This document shows positions 55,644 to 64,000 of a stretch of 64,000 nucleotides of DNA, in pieces (position 1 is the first letter of the stretch; every line of letters begins with the position of its first letter). The notes under the pieces are model-generated. The model did no database searches and had not been told where the DNA came from. It saw only the letters and a list, made by a program, of their open reading frames with translations. Source of the DNA: Dehalococcoidia bacterium (GTDB lineage Bacteria > Chloroflexota > Dehalococcoidia > GIF9 > UBA5629); NCBI GenBank assembly GCA_034429855.1, contig DAOUFT010000073.1:4961-68960 (forward strand). The letters are read 5' to 3'. Both the position numbers and the translations under genes were made by a program.

Positions 55644-56813
55644 TTAATCGAAGAATACATAGGGATTGGATCGGGGTTTGTATACCATCTGCGGAGTGGG
55701 TTTAATACCGATTGCCCGCAGAAAAGCTCGCATTCCCAGACGTTCAATTAGTTCCGCTACCCTTTCACGTGTTCGACCGTTCTCATCCCACCATTCCCAT
55801 ATTTTACGTAATAACTCCTTGGTCTCGTCGTAAGGGGGTTCCATCTTCATGAAGGGAACCAATACCCACGACAGGTAAGCACCCTTGATTATAGGGGCCT
55901 TGCCGCCTATCAGAATGGTGGCTCCCCTATCCAGTCCCGGCCTCAGCGCTTTGGGCATTTTGTTGATGCAGTGCATACAGCGCACACAATCTTCAGCCCT
56001 AAGATTGAGCTTCTTCTTTTTCTCGTCCCAGTCCAGCGCTCTGGTCGGACACTTATCTATGACGATGGTTCTAATATCGAATCCGCTCTTTACGTAATTA
56101 CGCACCTCGTCCTGGTCGATTCGCAGCGAGTCACGCCATGTGCCGATGATAGTGAAATCAGCTCTGGCTATAGCAGCAACACCGTCATTGGGACAGCCCG
56201 ATACCTTGATTTTAAATTTATAAGGCCATCTGGGGCGGTGTAATTCATCCTGAAATTCCTGTGTCAGGTTATTGCATATATCCAGTGTATCGATGCAAGA
56301 CCATTCGCACCTGGCCGGTCCAACACAGGCGCTGGGGGTACGCAACGCTGAACCGGAGCCGCCTAGGTCGAACCCGGCCTCCGTCAATTCATCAAAACAC
56401 GGCTGCAGGTTCTGGGTATTGGTTCCCAGAAGAATGATATCCCCCGTGGAACCGTGGAAGTTGGTCAGTCCACTGCCGTGCTTCTCCCAAATATCGCATA
56501 CTTTGCGTAAAGCCTCTGTGGTATAAAACCAGCCGGAGGGCATGTTGATGCGCATGGTATGGAACGCCTCTACATTGGGGAACTGCTCCGGCACATCGGT
56601 ATAGCGCCCGATCACCCCCCCACCGTAGCCCGTTACTCCCACTATGCCACCATGCTTCCAATGAGTTATACGGTCTTTAAACGATAGTTCCAGCACACCC
56701 AGCAGATCACCGGCTGCAGCGTTGTTCTTGGCAGCCCGTTTGATCTCCTTTATATAGCTGGGCCATGGGCCATACTCCAGATTGTTGATTAAGGGTGTGT
56801 CTCTGTCCGCCAT
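55644..56813 (-). CDS. dsrA: Dissimilatory sulfite reductase alpha subunit
   Basis: N-terminal [19 protein letters not shown] ... [20 protein letters not shown]; ferredoxin insert CPTRALDWD ... [21 protein letters not shown]. Confidence 0.9.
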   Translation of the reverse strand: MADRDTPLINNLEYGPWPSYIKEIKRAAKNNAAAGDLLGVLELSFKDRITHWKHGGIVGVTGYGGGVIGRYTDVPEQFPNVEAFHTMRINMPSGWFYTTEALRKVCDIWEKHGSGLTNFHGSTGDIILLGTNTQNLQPCFDELTEAGFDLGGSGSALRTPSACVGPARCEWSCIDTLDICNNLTQEFQDELHRPRWPYKFKIKVSGCPNDGVAAIARADFTIIGTWRDSLRIDQDEVRNYVKSGFDIRTIVIDKCPTRALDWDEKKKKLNLRAEDCVRCMHCINKMPKALRPGLDRGATILIGGKAPIIKGAYLSWVLVPFMKMEPPYDETKELLRKIWEWWDENGRTRERVAELIERLGMRAFLRAIGIKPTPQMVYKPRSNPYVFFD

Positions 56814-57030
56814 TTACTGCACCTCCTGATAATATAATCCACCCGACTCCGATATTAGAATGATAACACTTCCAGGCACAGATGCGCCCGCGCCCACTTT
56901 ATTTGTCGACAGTTAAATTATACATTATTTGTATAATTTGTAAACTGGTATAATTAAGTGCGGGATTTCAGATTATCGGGCCACCCCAATATAATTTTAT
57001 CAGCGGACTGAGAAAGGGGGAAATCGGTCA

Positions 57031-59700
57031 ATGCACGAAACTGTATATTCGGCAACCGAATCGAAGAACTCGCTGCAAACCCTGCCGCGGCTAAAAAAAT
57101 TGAGAGAAGATATTCTCAACTCTCCTTATCACGTCTGTACACAGAAGGCGTCGCTGCTTACCTGCTATTACTCAAGCCATATGCGGCGCGATGTATTGGA
57201 TAAGCTGCTTTCCTCCGTTCAATACCGCTTTTACCGTCGCAGCCTTGAAAAGTCAGCCAAATCTATTCCCCAGAAAAGCTGGCAGGTGGCTGCCAACAAC
57301 CGTATCAACTCCTTTCTGCTCAAGCGGCGCCGAGTTACACAGGGCGACCCGATCATGCGGTGTGCCGAAGCTTTCAGATATATTCTGGAGAATATGGAGC
57401 TAAAGGTGTACGACAGTGAATTGATCGTGGGAAATCCTTCGGCCTGGCGCGTGGGTGCTCCCATACATCCCGATCTGGGCGGATTGCTGATGCTGCCGGA
57501 GATAAAAGGCATATCCTCACGTATGAATAATCCCATGAAAATCGAGCCTGCTCAACTGAAAGAACTTGAGGAGGATATTTTCCCATTCTGGTTTAACCGG
57601 TCTGTGCTTGCATTGACGCCTCTGATGAGCAGCGATCCAGACCTGTTTAATACCATGCTGGAAGGCAGGTACTTCATACTGACGCAGTTCTCGGGAATTT
57701 CGCATGTAACTCCCGATTATCCAACCGTGCTAAAAAAAGGATTCAACGGTATAGCACGGGAGGTCAGGGCAAGACTGGATGAAATAAGGGCAGCTCTGGA
57801 AGAATTGGTTTCGGACGGGTCTAAGGACCCATCACTATATGTTGGTGCGGATCTTCAGATCCACCCTGTAGTTAATAAAACACGGGAGTCGTATCTGCAT
57901 CTCAACCAGAAGTTATCCTTTTATAAAGCAGCCCTGGTGTGCGCCGAGGCTGCAGCCGATTACGGTAAACGCTGGAGTAAATTTCTTGAACGGGAAGCTG
58001 CAGCAACAGTGGATGAAGTGCGCAGACAGGAGTTGCTCCGATTGGCGCAGGTATTTAACCGCGTGCCTGCCGAGCCGGCCGAAACCTTGTATGAGGCGCT
58101 GCAATGCGTCTTTATCACACATGTCATGTTGCACTACGAAAGCTTCCAGCACGGCATCTCTTTCGGACGTATGGACCAGTATCTTTACCCTTACTATAAG
58201 CGTGATATCGAATCCGGCCGGCTCACCCGCTCCGAAGCGGGCGAATTACTGGGGTGTTTCATAGCCAAGGCGGGCGAGCTGCTGCCGCTCTTCTTCGACC
58301 GTGCCACGGAGTACTTCAGCGGCTTATCCTCGGCCTCGGGTATCACCCTTGGGGGACGTACCGCCGAAGGCAAAGACGGTGTAAATGATCTGTCCTTCCT
58401 GTTTCTGCAGGCTTATGACCAGGTCAGGCTGAGGCAGCCGAATTTTCATGTCAGGATCAACCAGGATACTCCAGTCGAATTCACTGACCTCTGCTGGGAG
58501 TTGCTTAAGAAAGGTGGGGGATTGCCAGCCTTCTTCAACGATGACGAGATACCGCTGGCGCTGCAGAGATTCGGCATCGCTGAGAAGGATGCGCAGGATT
58601 ACTCAATCGTCGGCTGTGTCGAATGGGGTGTGCCGGGTAAAAGCTTCCCGGCGGCGGGGGCGATCTTTATCAATATTCCCATGGCCCTTCACCTGGCTCT
58701 GCATAACGGCATGTATAACGGCCATCGGTTTGGACCGCAAACCGGTGATATCCAGGCTATGAAAGATATGGAAACACTTATAAATGCCTTCAGGATACAG
58801 CTTGAGAATATGGTTAAGCGAGCGACGGAGGGCAATACCGCTATTGAGCGTGCACATGCCATATTCCGTCCCACGCCATTTTTATCGACGGTTGTCGATG
58901 GTTGTATAGAGAAGGGTTTGGAGATAAATGCAGGCGGCGCCAGGTACAATTCCACCGGCTGCCAGGGTGTGGGCCTCGCCGATACCGTAGATGCGCTGAC
59001 TGCCATCGAGCAGGTCGTGTTTAATGAAGGCAGGCTTTCTCTGCAGGAAATGATACAGGCTGTGGATGCCGATTTCCTGGGATATCCGGAACTTAATGCT
59101 CTGATCCTGAACCGTGTACATAAATACGGCGAAAATGAGGAAAGACCCAATTACTACGCCGGACTGGTTTCCGGTATATATACAGGCCTGGTAGCTCAAT
59201 GCAGCAATCCCCGAGGAGGCCAATACTATCCCGGATTCTGGTCCATGACCACGCATCAGGGCTTCGGTGCGCGCATGGGCGCATTGCCTGGAGGGCGCCG
59301 GGCCGGGCAGCCGCTGGCCAACGGCATATCGCCCTGCAACGGCCGCGATAGAAATGGTCCCACTGCCTCGCTGTCTTCAGCCGCCTGCGTTGATAACAGT
59401 CTTGTATCCAACGGATATGCGCTCAATGAAAAGCTCGACCTGGCGCTGGTTAAAGATCCCTCGCGAAACCGCCTGGTAGAATCGTTGATCTTTGGTTTCT
59501 TTGCCAGCGGGGGTATGCAGGTGCAGTTCAACGTCATTGATCCTGCCGTTCTGATCGATGCCAAAGAACACCCCGATCAGTACCGCGGCCTGGTTGTTCG
59601 GGTATCCGGATATTCGGCCTATTTCAACGATCTGACGGAATCGATGAAGGATGAGCTGATACAGCGCACGGCGCACGATATCAACTCTTGTCTGTGTTAG
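57031..59700 (+). CDS. Glycyl radical enzyme (PFL2 / glycerol-dehydratase-like family); substrate not assignable from sequence
   Basis: Length is 889 aa. Glycyl radical motif RVSGYSAYF near the C-terminus; Cys loop VGCVEWG. RBS AGGGGG. Confidence 0.85.
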   Translation: MHETVYSATESKNSLQTLPRLKKLREDILNSPYHVCTQKASLLTCYYSSHMRRDVLDKLLSSVQYRFYRRSLEKSAKSIPQKSWQVAANNRINSFLLKRRRVTQGDPIMRCAEAFRYILENMELKVYDSELIVGNPSAWRVGAPIHPDLGGLLMLPEIKGISSRMNNPMKIEPAQLKELEEDIFPFWFNRSVLALTPLMSSDPDLFNTMLEGRYFILTQFSGISHVTPDYPTVLKKGFNGIAREVRARLDEIRAALEELVSDGSKDPSLYVGADLQIHPVVNKTRESYLHLNQKLSFYKAALVCAEAAADYGKRWSKFLEREAAATVDEVRRQELLRLAQVFNRVPAEPAETLYEALQCVFITHVMLHYESFQHGISFGRMDQYLYPYYKRDIESGRLTRSEAGELLGCFIAKAGELLPLFFDRATEYFSGLSSASGITLGGRTAEGKDGVNDLSFLFLQAYDQVRLRQPNFHVRINQDTPVEFTDLCWELLKKGGGLPAFFNDDEIPLALQRFGIAEKDAQDYSIVGCVEWGVPGKSFPAAGAIFINIPMALHLALHNGMYNGHRFGPQTGDIQAMKDMETLINAFRIQLENMVKRATEGNTAIERAHAIFRPTPFLSTVVDGCIEKGLEINAGGARYNSTGCQGVGLADTVDALTAIEQVVFNEGRLSLQEMIQAVDADFLGYPELNALILNRVHKYGENEERPNYYAGLVSGIYTGLVAQCSNPRGGQYYPGFWSMTTHQGFGARMGALPGGRRAGQPLANGISPCNGRDRNGPTASLSSAACVDNSLVSNGYALNEKLDLALVKDPSRNRLVESLIFGFFASGGMQVQFNVIDPAVLIDAKEHPDQYRGLVVRVSGYSAYFNDLTESMKDELIQRTAHDINSCLC

Positions 59701-59703
59701 GTC

Positions 59704-60342
59704 TTATTCGGACAGTGGAAAATAGTTGTCCAGATCGCGCCGTCGGACCTGCCTAACCGCCTCTTCCATCCTGGCCACGAACTCCTTCGCCTCTGGATTC
59801 TTACCGGCAAGCTGTAGAGCCGCCCGGTTGACCTCTTTTTCGGCTGCGCTCAATCGGCTTAGAAACGATTCGAATGAGGCTCGGTCCGCATATGCGGCCC
59901 TGACCATCTCAGGATAGGTTTTACCCTCGGATGTGATTAATTTTTGATAGTGATCGATCAACAGGCGCACTTCCAGTATCTGTTTCAAACGCACCTTCTC
60001 CGAATAAACGCCTTTCCTGTCGGCGCTGAGGATCGAAGACGTTCTTTGCTCCACCTCCGCCACACTCGCTTCTTTAGTAAGCCCGGATCGCAGCATGTTG
60101 CCGGCTGCCTCCAGCGCAAGCTTCTTGGTGAAAACGAAATTGAGTGTAAAGGCTTCTTTGGAACGCTGATGTTTGAGCAGGTTTATGATAAAGAGCGGCG
60201 GAAGCAGGAAATCCCAGACCCCTACTGCCATTGTACCGATTACATCGTTGGCCACTGCCCTGGCTGTCTCCCGTTCTTCGCCCTGGATATTTTTTATCTT
60301 GGTATCCAGCACAGTGGGGAGGATCTCTCTCAACACGCTCAT
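59704..60342 (-). CDS. Hypothetical protein (212 aa), convergent with the GRE gene
   Basis: Clean ORF with no recognisable motifs. Confidence 0.35.
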   Translation of the reverse strand: MSVLREILPTVLDTKIKNIQGEERETARAVANDVIGTMAVGVWDFLLPPLFIINLLKHQRSKEAFTLNFVFTKKLALEAAGNMLRSGLTKEASVAEVEQRTSSILSADRKGVYSEKVRLKQILEVRLLIDHYQKLITSEGKTYPEMVRAAYADRASFESFLSRLSAAEKEVNRAALQLAGKNPEAKEFVARMEEAVRQVRRRDLDNYFPLSE

Positions 60343-60446
60343 GGGTCGAAATATATCACACGTATTCCGAGCCGGTCAAAGGCCGGGCGGATTATTTGGA
60401 TATTGTGTTAGAATTCGTTTAGAGGATTGCTTGGAGGTTAAGACTG

Positions 60447-61541
60447 TTGCGGCCTCGTATTATCCAGGTTGAAGTATCCACCAGGTGCCAGCTTCGCTGC
60501 ACCTTTTGCCCGCATACGCTGTTTCATGACCGGTGGATCGCAAAGGATATCAGCTGTGAAATCTTTTCTAATATCCTTCCGTATGTGGGTAAAGGATTGC
60601 TGGTGCACCTGCAGGGATGGGGTGAGCCATTGCTTCACCCGCAGATATGGGATATGGCGGCGGCGGTCAAAGAGAAGGGAGGCAGAGTGAGTATGACCAC
60701 AAATGGCCTGCTGCTGGATAATGACGCCGTCCGGAATATATGCGAGATTGGCTTCGATTTCATTGCGATTTCCTTGGCGGGCGCCAGATCAGCTGTACAT
60801 GATTCCCTGCGTATTGGATCGAGCCTTGCGTATATCTGTGAAAACATCGCTCGGCTGAGCGCAGCCAGGTTTCACCCGCACATACATTTGGTCATGCAGA
60901 TGATGAAACCGAATATCGCCGAGCTGCCTGCGCTGGTGGATCTGGCGGCAGAATTGAAAGTCGACAGGGTAATTGCACCCAACCTTGATTACATAACGGA
61001 TGCGAAAACGGAGCAGTTGAAAGCCTTTAGTGCTATATCTGATCCCAAACTGAAACACATTGTCAGGGAAGCGCAGCTGCGGGCGCAAAAAATAGGGATC
61101 CCATTACATGTATTTCCATTGCAGCCAAGTGAAAATTTTCCTGTTTGCAGTGATGATCCTCTGCACAACATCGTGGTAAGTGTGAATGGCGAGATCTCTC
61201 CCTGTGTATACCTCTGTCTACCAATAGAAGGCAGTATTCCCAGATGGGTTCAGGGTGAAACACATTTCGTCGATCGCTTCATCTATGGGAAAGTCGATGA
61301 CGGACTGCATGAGGTGCTGGGAAACAGAAGCGCAGAGCAGTTCATGGCTGCATTTGAGCAGCGGATTCAATCCTCCAAATTCAATGCGGCCGAATCAATG
61401 GCGATTTTAACTCTGCCCGGTTTACGCAGCGCACGTAAAGCATTGCAGCATGCAAATAGTCGAAACCAGCCGGAGCACCCGATCAAGATTCCGGATGCGC
61501 CACCTCAGTGCAGTACATGCTACAAGCTGCTGGGAATATAA
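60447..61541 (+). CDS. Radical SAM protein (not a canonical GRE-activase architecture)
   Basis: VSTRCQLRCTFCPH (CxxxCxxC) ... LQGWGEPLL ... TTNGLLL. It lacks the clustered ferredoxin-type Cys motifs of GRE activating enzymes. Confidence 0.65.
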   Translation: MRPRIIQVEVSTRCQLRCTFCPHTLFHDRWIAKDISCEIFSNILPYVGKGLLVHLQGWGEPLLHPQIWDMAAAVKEKGGRVSMTTNGLLLDNDAVRNICEIGFDFIAISLAGARSAVHDSLRIGSSLAYICENIARLSAARFHPHIHLVMQMMKPNIAELPALVDLAAELKVDRVIAPNLDYITDAKTEQLKAFSAISDPKLKHIVREAQLRAQKIGIPLHVFPLQPSENFPVCSDDPLHNIVVSVNGEISPCVYLCLPIEGSIPRWVQGETHFVDRFIYGKVDDGLHEVLGNRSAEQFMAAFEQRIQSSKFNAAESMAILTLPGLRSARKALQHANSRNQPEHPIKIPDAPPQCSTCYKLLGI

Positions 61542-61599
61542 AAGAAAAAAATGGTTATTCAGGAGGGGCTCATGAGCCCCTCCTGAATTGTCCTGTCGG

Positions 61600-62901
61600 T
61601 TAATCGGGGAGTATGGGGGGCACAAAGAATACTCCGGACCATAGTATCCAGACGATGAGCAGCGTCCACACTACGTTGAATCCCTGCCCTATCCAGTATA
61701 CGGCTGCCGGTTTTCCGCCGCCCACTGATAGCAATTCCTTGAAATTAGTCTCCAGTCCGATGCAGACAAAGCAAAGGGCAAAGAACCAGGTACGGTAGGT
61801 TGTCAGCAGGCCGGTGATGGTTGCCGCTGATTTGGCTCCCATGACGGGCTCGATATAGAAGGAGGCTATTAAGGAGGCGATGATAAAGCCTACGATGAAT
61901 TTGGGGAAACGGTACCATATCTCCATAAAGGAGGGTCGTTCGCTGGCTGACTTTTTATCCAGCTTTAAAGTCGCCCATACCGCTAGGAAAAAGGCAGCGA
62001 ACCCGATCAATATATTCTGAGCCATCTTAACCAGTGCGGCTGTATCGAGCGAGGCCTTGCTTTTCATGACTTCGCCGGCTGCCACCACCGCACCGGTATT
62101 GTCGATCGTTCCGCCCAGCCAGGCGCCAGCCATATTGGTAGGCATATTAACTGCCTTGGCTATGGGAGGCATGACTATGATCATGATAACTGCGCCCACC
62201 AGCAGCCAGGCAATGATATAGCTGGTTTCTTTGGGATCACCCTGTACAGCGCCGCCCGCTGCAATCGATGCCGACACGCCGCAAATGGACACGCCCGTAG
62301 CCATCGTGCTGGAGAATCGTTCGGCCATTCCGAACCTTCTGCCCAGCCAGTAAGTGAAAAACCAGACGGCGGCCACTACCAATAGAGCCTGCAGCATGCC
62401 TACTCCGCCCGCCTTTATGATAACTGAGAAAAGTATGGTTGCGCCCATGCACACAAGGCCGATCTTGATATAATACTCCGTCAGAACGGCCGGTTTCAGC
62501 CAACCGGGTAGTCCTACAGTGTTGCTGATCAGCAGACCGAAGATCAATGCCCAGATAACATACTCCAAACCCCAGGCGTTGATAACGGATTGCTTGCCTA
62601 CGAAAATCGCCAGCCAGGCGAGGATAAAAATAACGATAAATGCGGGGACAAAACGCTTAAGGTCCTTTTTCATAAAGATTAGGCCGATTAAACATAGTAC
62701 GGCCAGCAGAACGAATATGATCAGAGTGTCCCAGATAGTAGCGATACCCGACGGGAAGGCTTTATCGATGGTTGGCCATGTGCCGAACTTGGGACCTGCG
62801 GGCAGTATTCCGATCATGGCTAGGATCAGTATGATAAAGCCGAGCCAACATGCCCACCAGTCCTCTTTTGTCCATAATGAAGACCAGTCGATTTTCTGCA
62901 A
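61600..62901 (-). CDS. Polytopic membrane protein, YeiH/UPF0324-like putative transporter
   Basis: Length is 433 aa with about 11-12 TM segments. VSICGVSASIAAGGA resembles the YeiH-family SICGxSA motif. Confidence 0.45.
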   Translation of the reverse strand: MQKIDWSSLWTKEDWWACWLGFIILILAMIGILPAGPKFGTWPTIDKAFPSGIATIWDTLIIFVLLAVLCLIGLIFMKKDLKRFVPAFIVIFILAWLAIFVGKQSVINAWGLEYVIWALIFGLLISNTVGLPGWLKPAVLTEYYIKIGLVCMGATILFSVIIKAGGVGMLQALLVVAAVWFFTYWLGRRFGMAERFSSTMATGVSICGVSASIAAGGAVQGDPKETSYIIAWLLVGAVIMIIVMPPIAKAVNMPTNMAGAWLGGTIDNTGAVVAAGEVMKSKASLDTAALVKMAQNILIGFAAFFLAVWATLKLDKKSASERPSFMEIWYRFPKFIVGFIIASLIASFYIEPVMGAKSAATITGLLTTYRTWFFALCFVCIGLETNFKELLSVGGGKPAAVYWIGQGFNVVWTLLIVWILWSGVFFVPPILPD

Positions 62902-63089
62902 CCTCTCACCTCCTATTATTATGAATATAAATGCCTTCTAGATTAAATGAATGAATTCGGAATTATTCAAAAGTGAAACAATTGTTAAGTCTATCACCTC
63001 CTAACCTGACATTGCCTGGCCGTGAACTACTTTATACAATATCAGGATGTTGCTGTCAATAAAAGCAGGCAGCATAGATTAATTATGTT

Positions 63090-63917
63090 ATGAGCCGAAT
63101 TGAGGTCGTCGCATTTGTTACCGCGCTGGTGGCGCTTCAGCTTGCTCTGGTTTTTTACGTTTGGGGATTTATCTCAATTCATACCGGGAAAAGCCCTCCG
63201 GACAAGGCTGTCTCGCGTTGTTCCCTGCCTGTTCTCTTGATTGCCTGGCTGGCGCTCACCCTTTCTCTTGTCCTGCATGCCGTTCAGGCCGGTCATATCC
63301 CCGCCACCGACATGTACGAATTCTCAGTCTCCTTCGCATGGGGCGTGCTGACAGCTGTAATGGTTTTCAGGTTGAAGCAAAAGAACGACATGGTTAGTGC
63401 CGCGGGTGCGCTGACTTCTCTCGCATTGCTGATCTACGCGTTCACACTGCCTGTTCAGCATCAGCCGCTATCACCGATTTTGAACCAGACCTGGCTGCTG
63501 CCCCTCCATGTTTCCTTCGCCATCATCGCTTACGGCTTGTTTGCGCTGGGATTTGTCAGCGCTGTGCTCTACCTGGCAGGGCAGAGATATGCGGCTTCCT
63601 TTATGCCCTCGACGACCACGCTTGACCGGTTGGGATACCGCTCGTCTTTGGTTGGATTCTGTTTCATGACACTGGTAATTATCATCGGCTCAGTATGGGC
63701 TAGAATAGCCTGGGGCAGCTACTGGTCATGGGATCCCAAGGAGACCGCTGCACTTGTTACCTGGCTGATCTATGCGTTCTATCTGCTCACAAGGTGGACA
63801 CTCGCCTGGAAGGATTCACGCAACGCCTGGTTCCTGGTAGCCGGCTTCCTGGCGGTGCTGCTAACATTTTTCGGTAACCTGTTCTTCGGCGGGCTGCACA
63901 GCTATGCAGGAGGGTGA
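63090..63917 (+). CDS. ccsA: CcsA/ResC-type cytochrome c biogenesis (haem-handling) membrane protein
   Basis: Trp-rich WWD motif WGSYWSWDPKETAALVTWL with flanking conserved His residues. Length is 275 aa. Confidence 0.75.
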   Translation: MSRIEVVAFVTALVALQLALVFYVWGFISIHTGKSPPDKAVSRCSLPVLLIAWLALTLSLVLHAVQAGHIPATDMYEFSVSFAWGVLTAVMVFRLKQKNDMVSAAGALTSLALLIYAFTLPVQHQPLSPILNQTWLLPLHVSFAIIAYGLFALGFVSAVLYLAGQRYAASFMPSTTTLDRLGYRSSLVGFCFMTLVIIIGSVWARIAWGSYWSWDPKETAALVTWLIYAFYLLTRWTLAWKDSRNAWFLVAGFLAVLLTFFGNLFFGGLHSYAGG

Positions 63918-64000
63918 TACTGGCGTATAACCGACGAGCAAGCTTCTCTATGGTAATCAGGGCATATCAGTCTAACGGCCAGCCAGGGATAATATCATCT

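Noticed and set aside
55644-56813. Possible truncation of dsrA (389 aa, shorter than many DsrA)
   Set aside because: The N-terminus ([20 protein letters not shown]) and the ferredoxin insert are both present. A strong AGGAGG RBS sits at the called start and the ORF is uninterrupted. I read the gene as intact, so the short length is probably lineage-specific.
60447-61541. Radical SAM gene as the GRE-activating enzyme
   Set aside because: It has CxxxCxxC but lacks the two additional ferredoxin-like CxxCxxCxxxC clusters and the compact ~300-aa architecture of GRE activases. It is kept as a radical SAM protein of unknown function.
1-64000. CRISPR arrays, IS elements, integrases, rRNA or tRNA genes
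   Set aside because: No repeat-spacer periodicity, no transposase or integrase-like translations, and no rRNA-like stretches were seen. The window looks like core chromosome rather than mobile DNA.

Overview
64-kb chromosomal window from an anaerobic, dissimilatory sulfite/sulfate-reducing bacterium. The dsr set has only dsrMK as the membrane complex, the arrangement typical of Gram-positive-type sulfate reducers, and GC is about 55%. Gene density is high, mostly on the minus strand. Nine modules can be read from the translations.

1. 0.4-2.6 kb: DEAD-box RNA helicase, a TetR regulator and a RidA-family protein.
2. 2.6-13.2 kb: one long minus-strand tetrapyrrole operon. It carries a MerR-like regulator, two NirJ-like radical SAM genes (AhbC/AhbD), a fused AhbA/AhbB siroheme decarboxylase, precorrin-2 dehydrogenase, hemA, hemC, cobA-hemD fusion, hemB and hemL. 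This is the siroheme-dependent alternative heme route. Many junctions are ATGA/GTGA-coupled.
3. 13.3-20.5 kb: a catabolic cassette. It has an MFS transporter, a BKACE (3-keto-5-aminohexanoate cleavage enzyme family) protein, a PanE/ApbA-family reductase, a 3-hydroxyacyl-CoA dehydrogenase, an APC permease and a second HemL-like class-III aminotransferase.
4. 20.7-23.5 kb: larB-larE-larC, the nickel-pincer nucleotide cofactor operon, with no larA in the window.
5. 23.5-26.8 kb: a 1098-aa single-chain acyl-CoA carboxylase with domain order BC-BCCP-CT.
6. 27.0-34.6 kb: an osmoadaptation island with a TreT-like GT4 trehalose synthase, MscS, otsB, otsA, an NhaP antiporter and two TetR genes.
7. 34.9-43.1 kb: a conserved but functionally uncharacterised metallocluster-type locus. 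It contains a DUF134 regulator, three Gly-rich DUF5320-type proteins, two NifX/NafY-like cofactor-binding proteins, two MinD-type ATPases with ferredoxin inserts, an FmdB zinc ribbon, an IscU-like scaffold, a radical SAM protein, Mrp/NBP35, an MBL-fold protein and two paralogous mini-proteins. No nifHDK is present.
8. 43.5-49.7 kb: a GlcD/GlcF-like FAD/Fe-S dehydrogenase pair followed by three tandem HdrD-like CCG-domain proteins.
9. 49.9-56.8 kb: dsrK, dsrM, dsrC, a YHS mini-ORF, dsrN, dsrD, dsrB and dsrA.

Divergent from dsrA (57.0-63.9 kb) are an 889-aa glycyl radical enzyme, an atypical radical SAM protein, a YeiH-like transporter and a CcsA-like protein. Several perfect palindromes sit in promoter regions and are candidate operators for the MerR, TetR and DUF134 regulators. 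No rRNA, tRNA, CRISPR array or mobile element was recognised.
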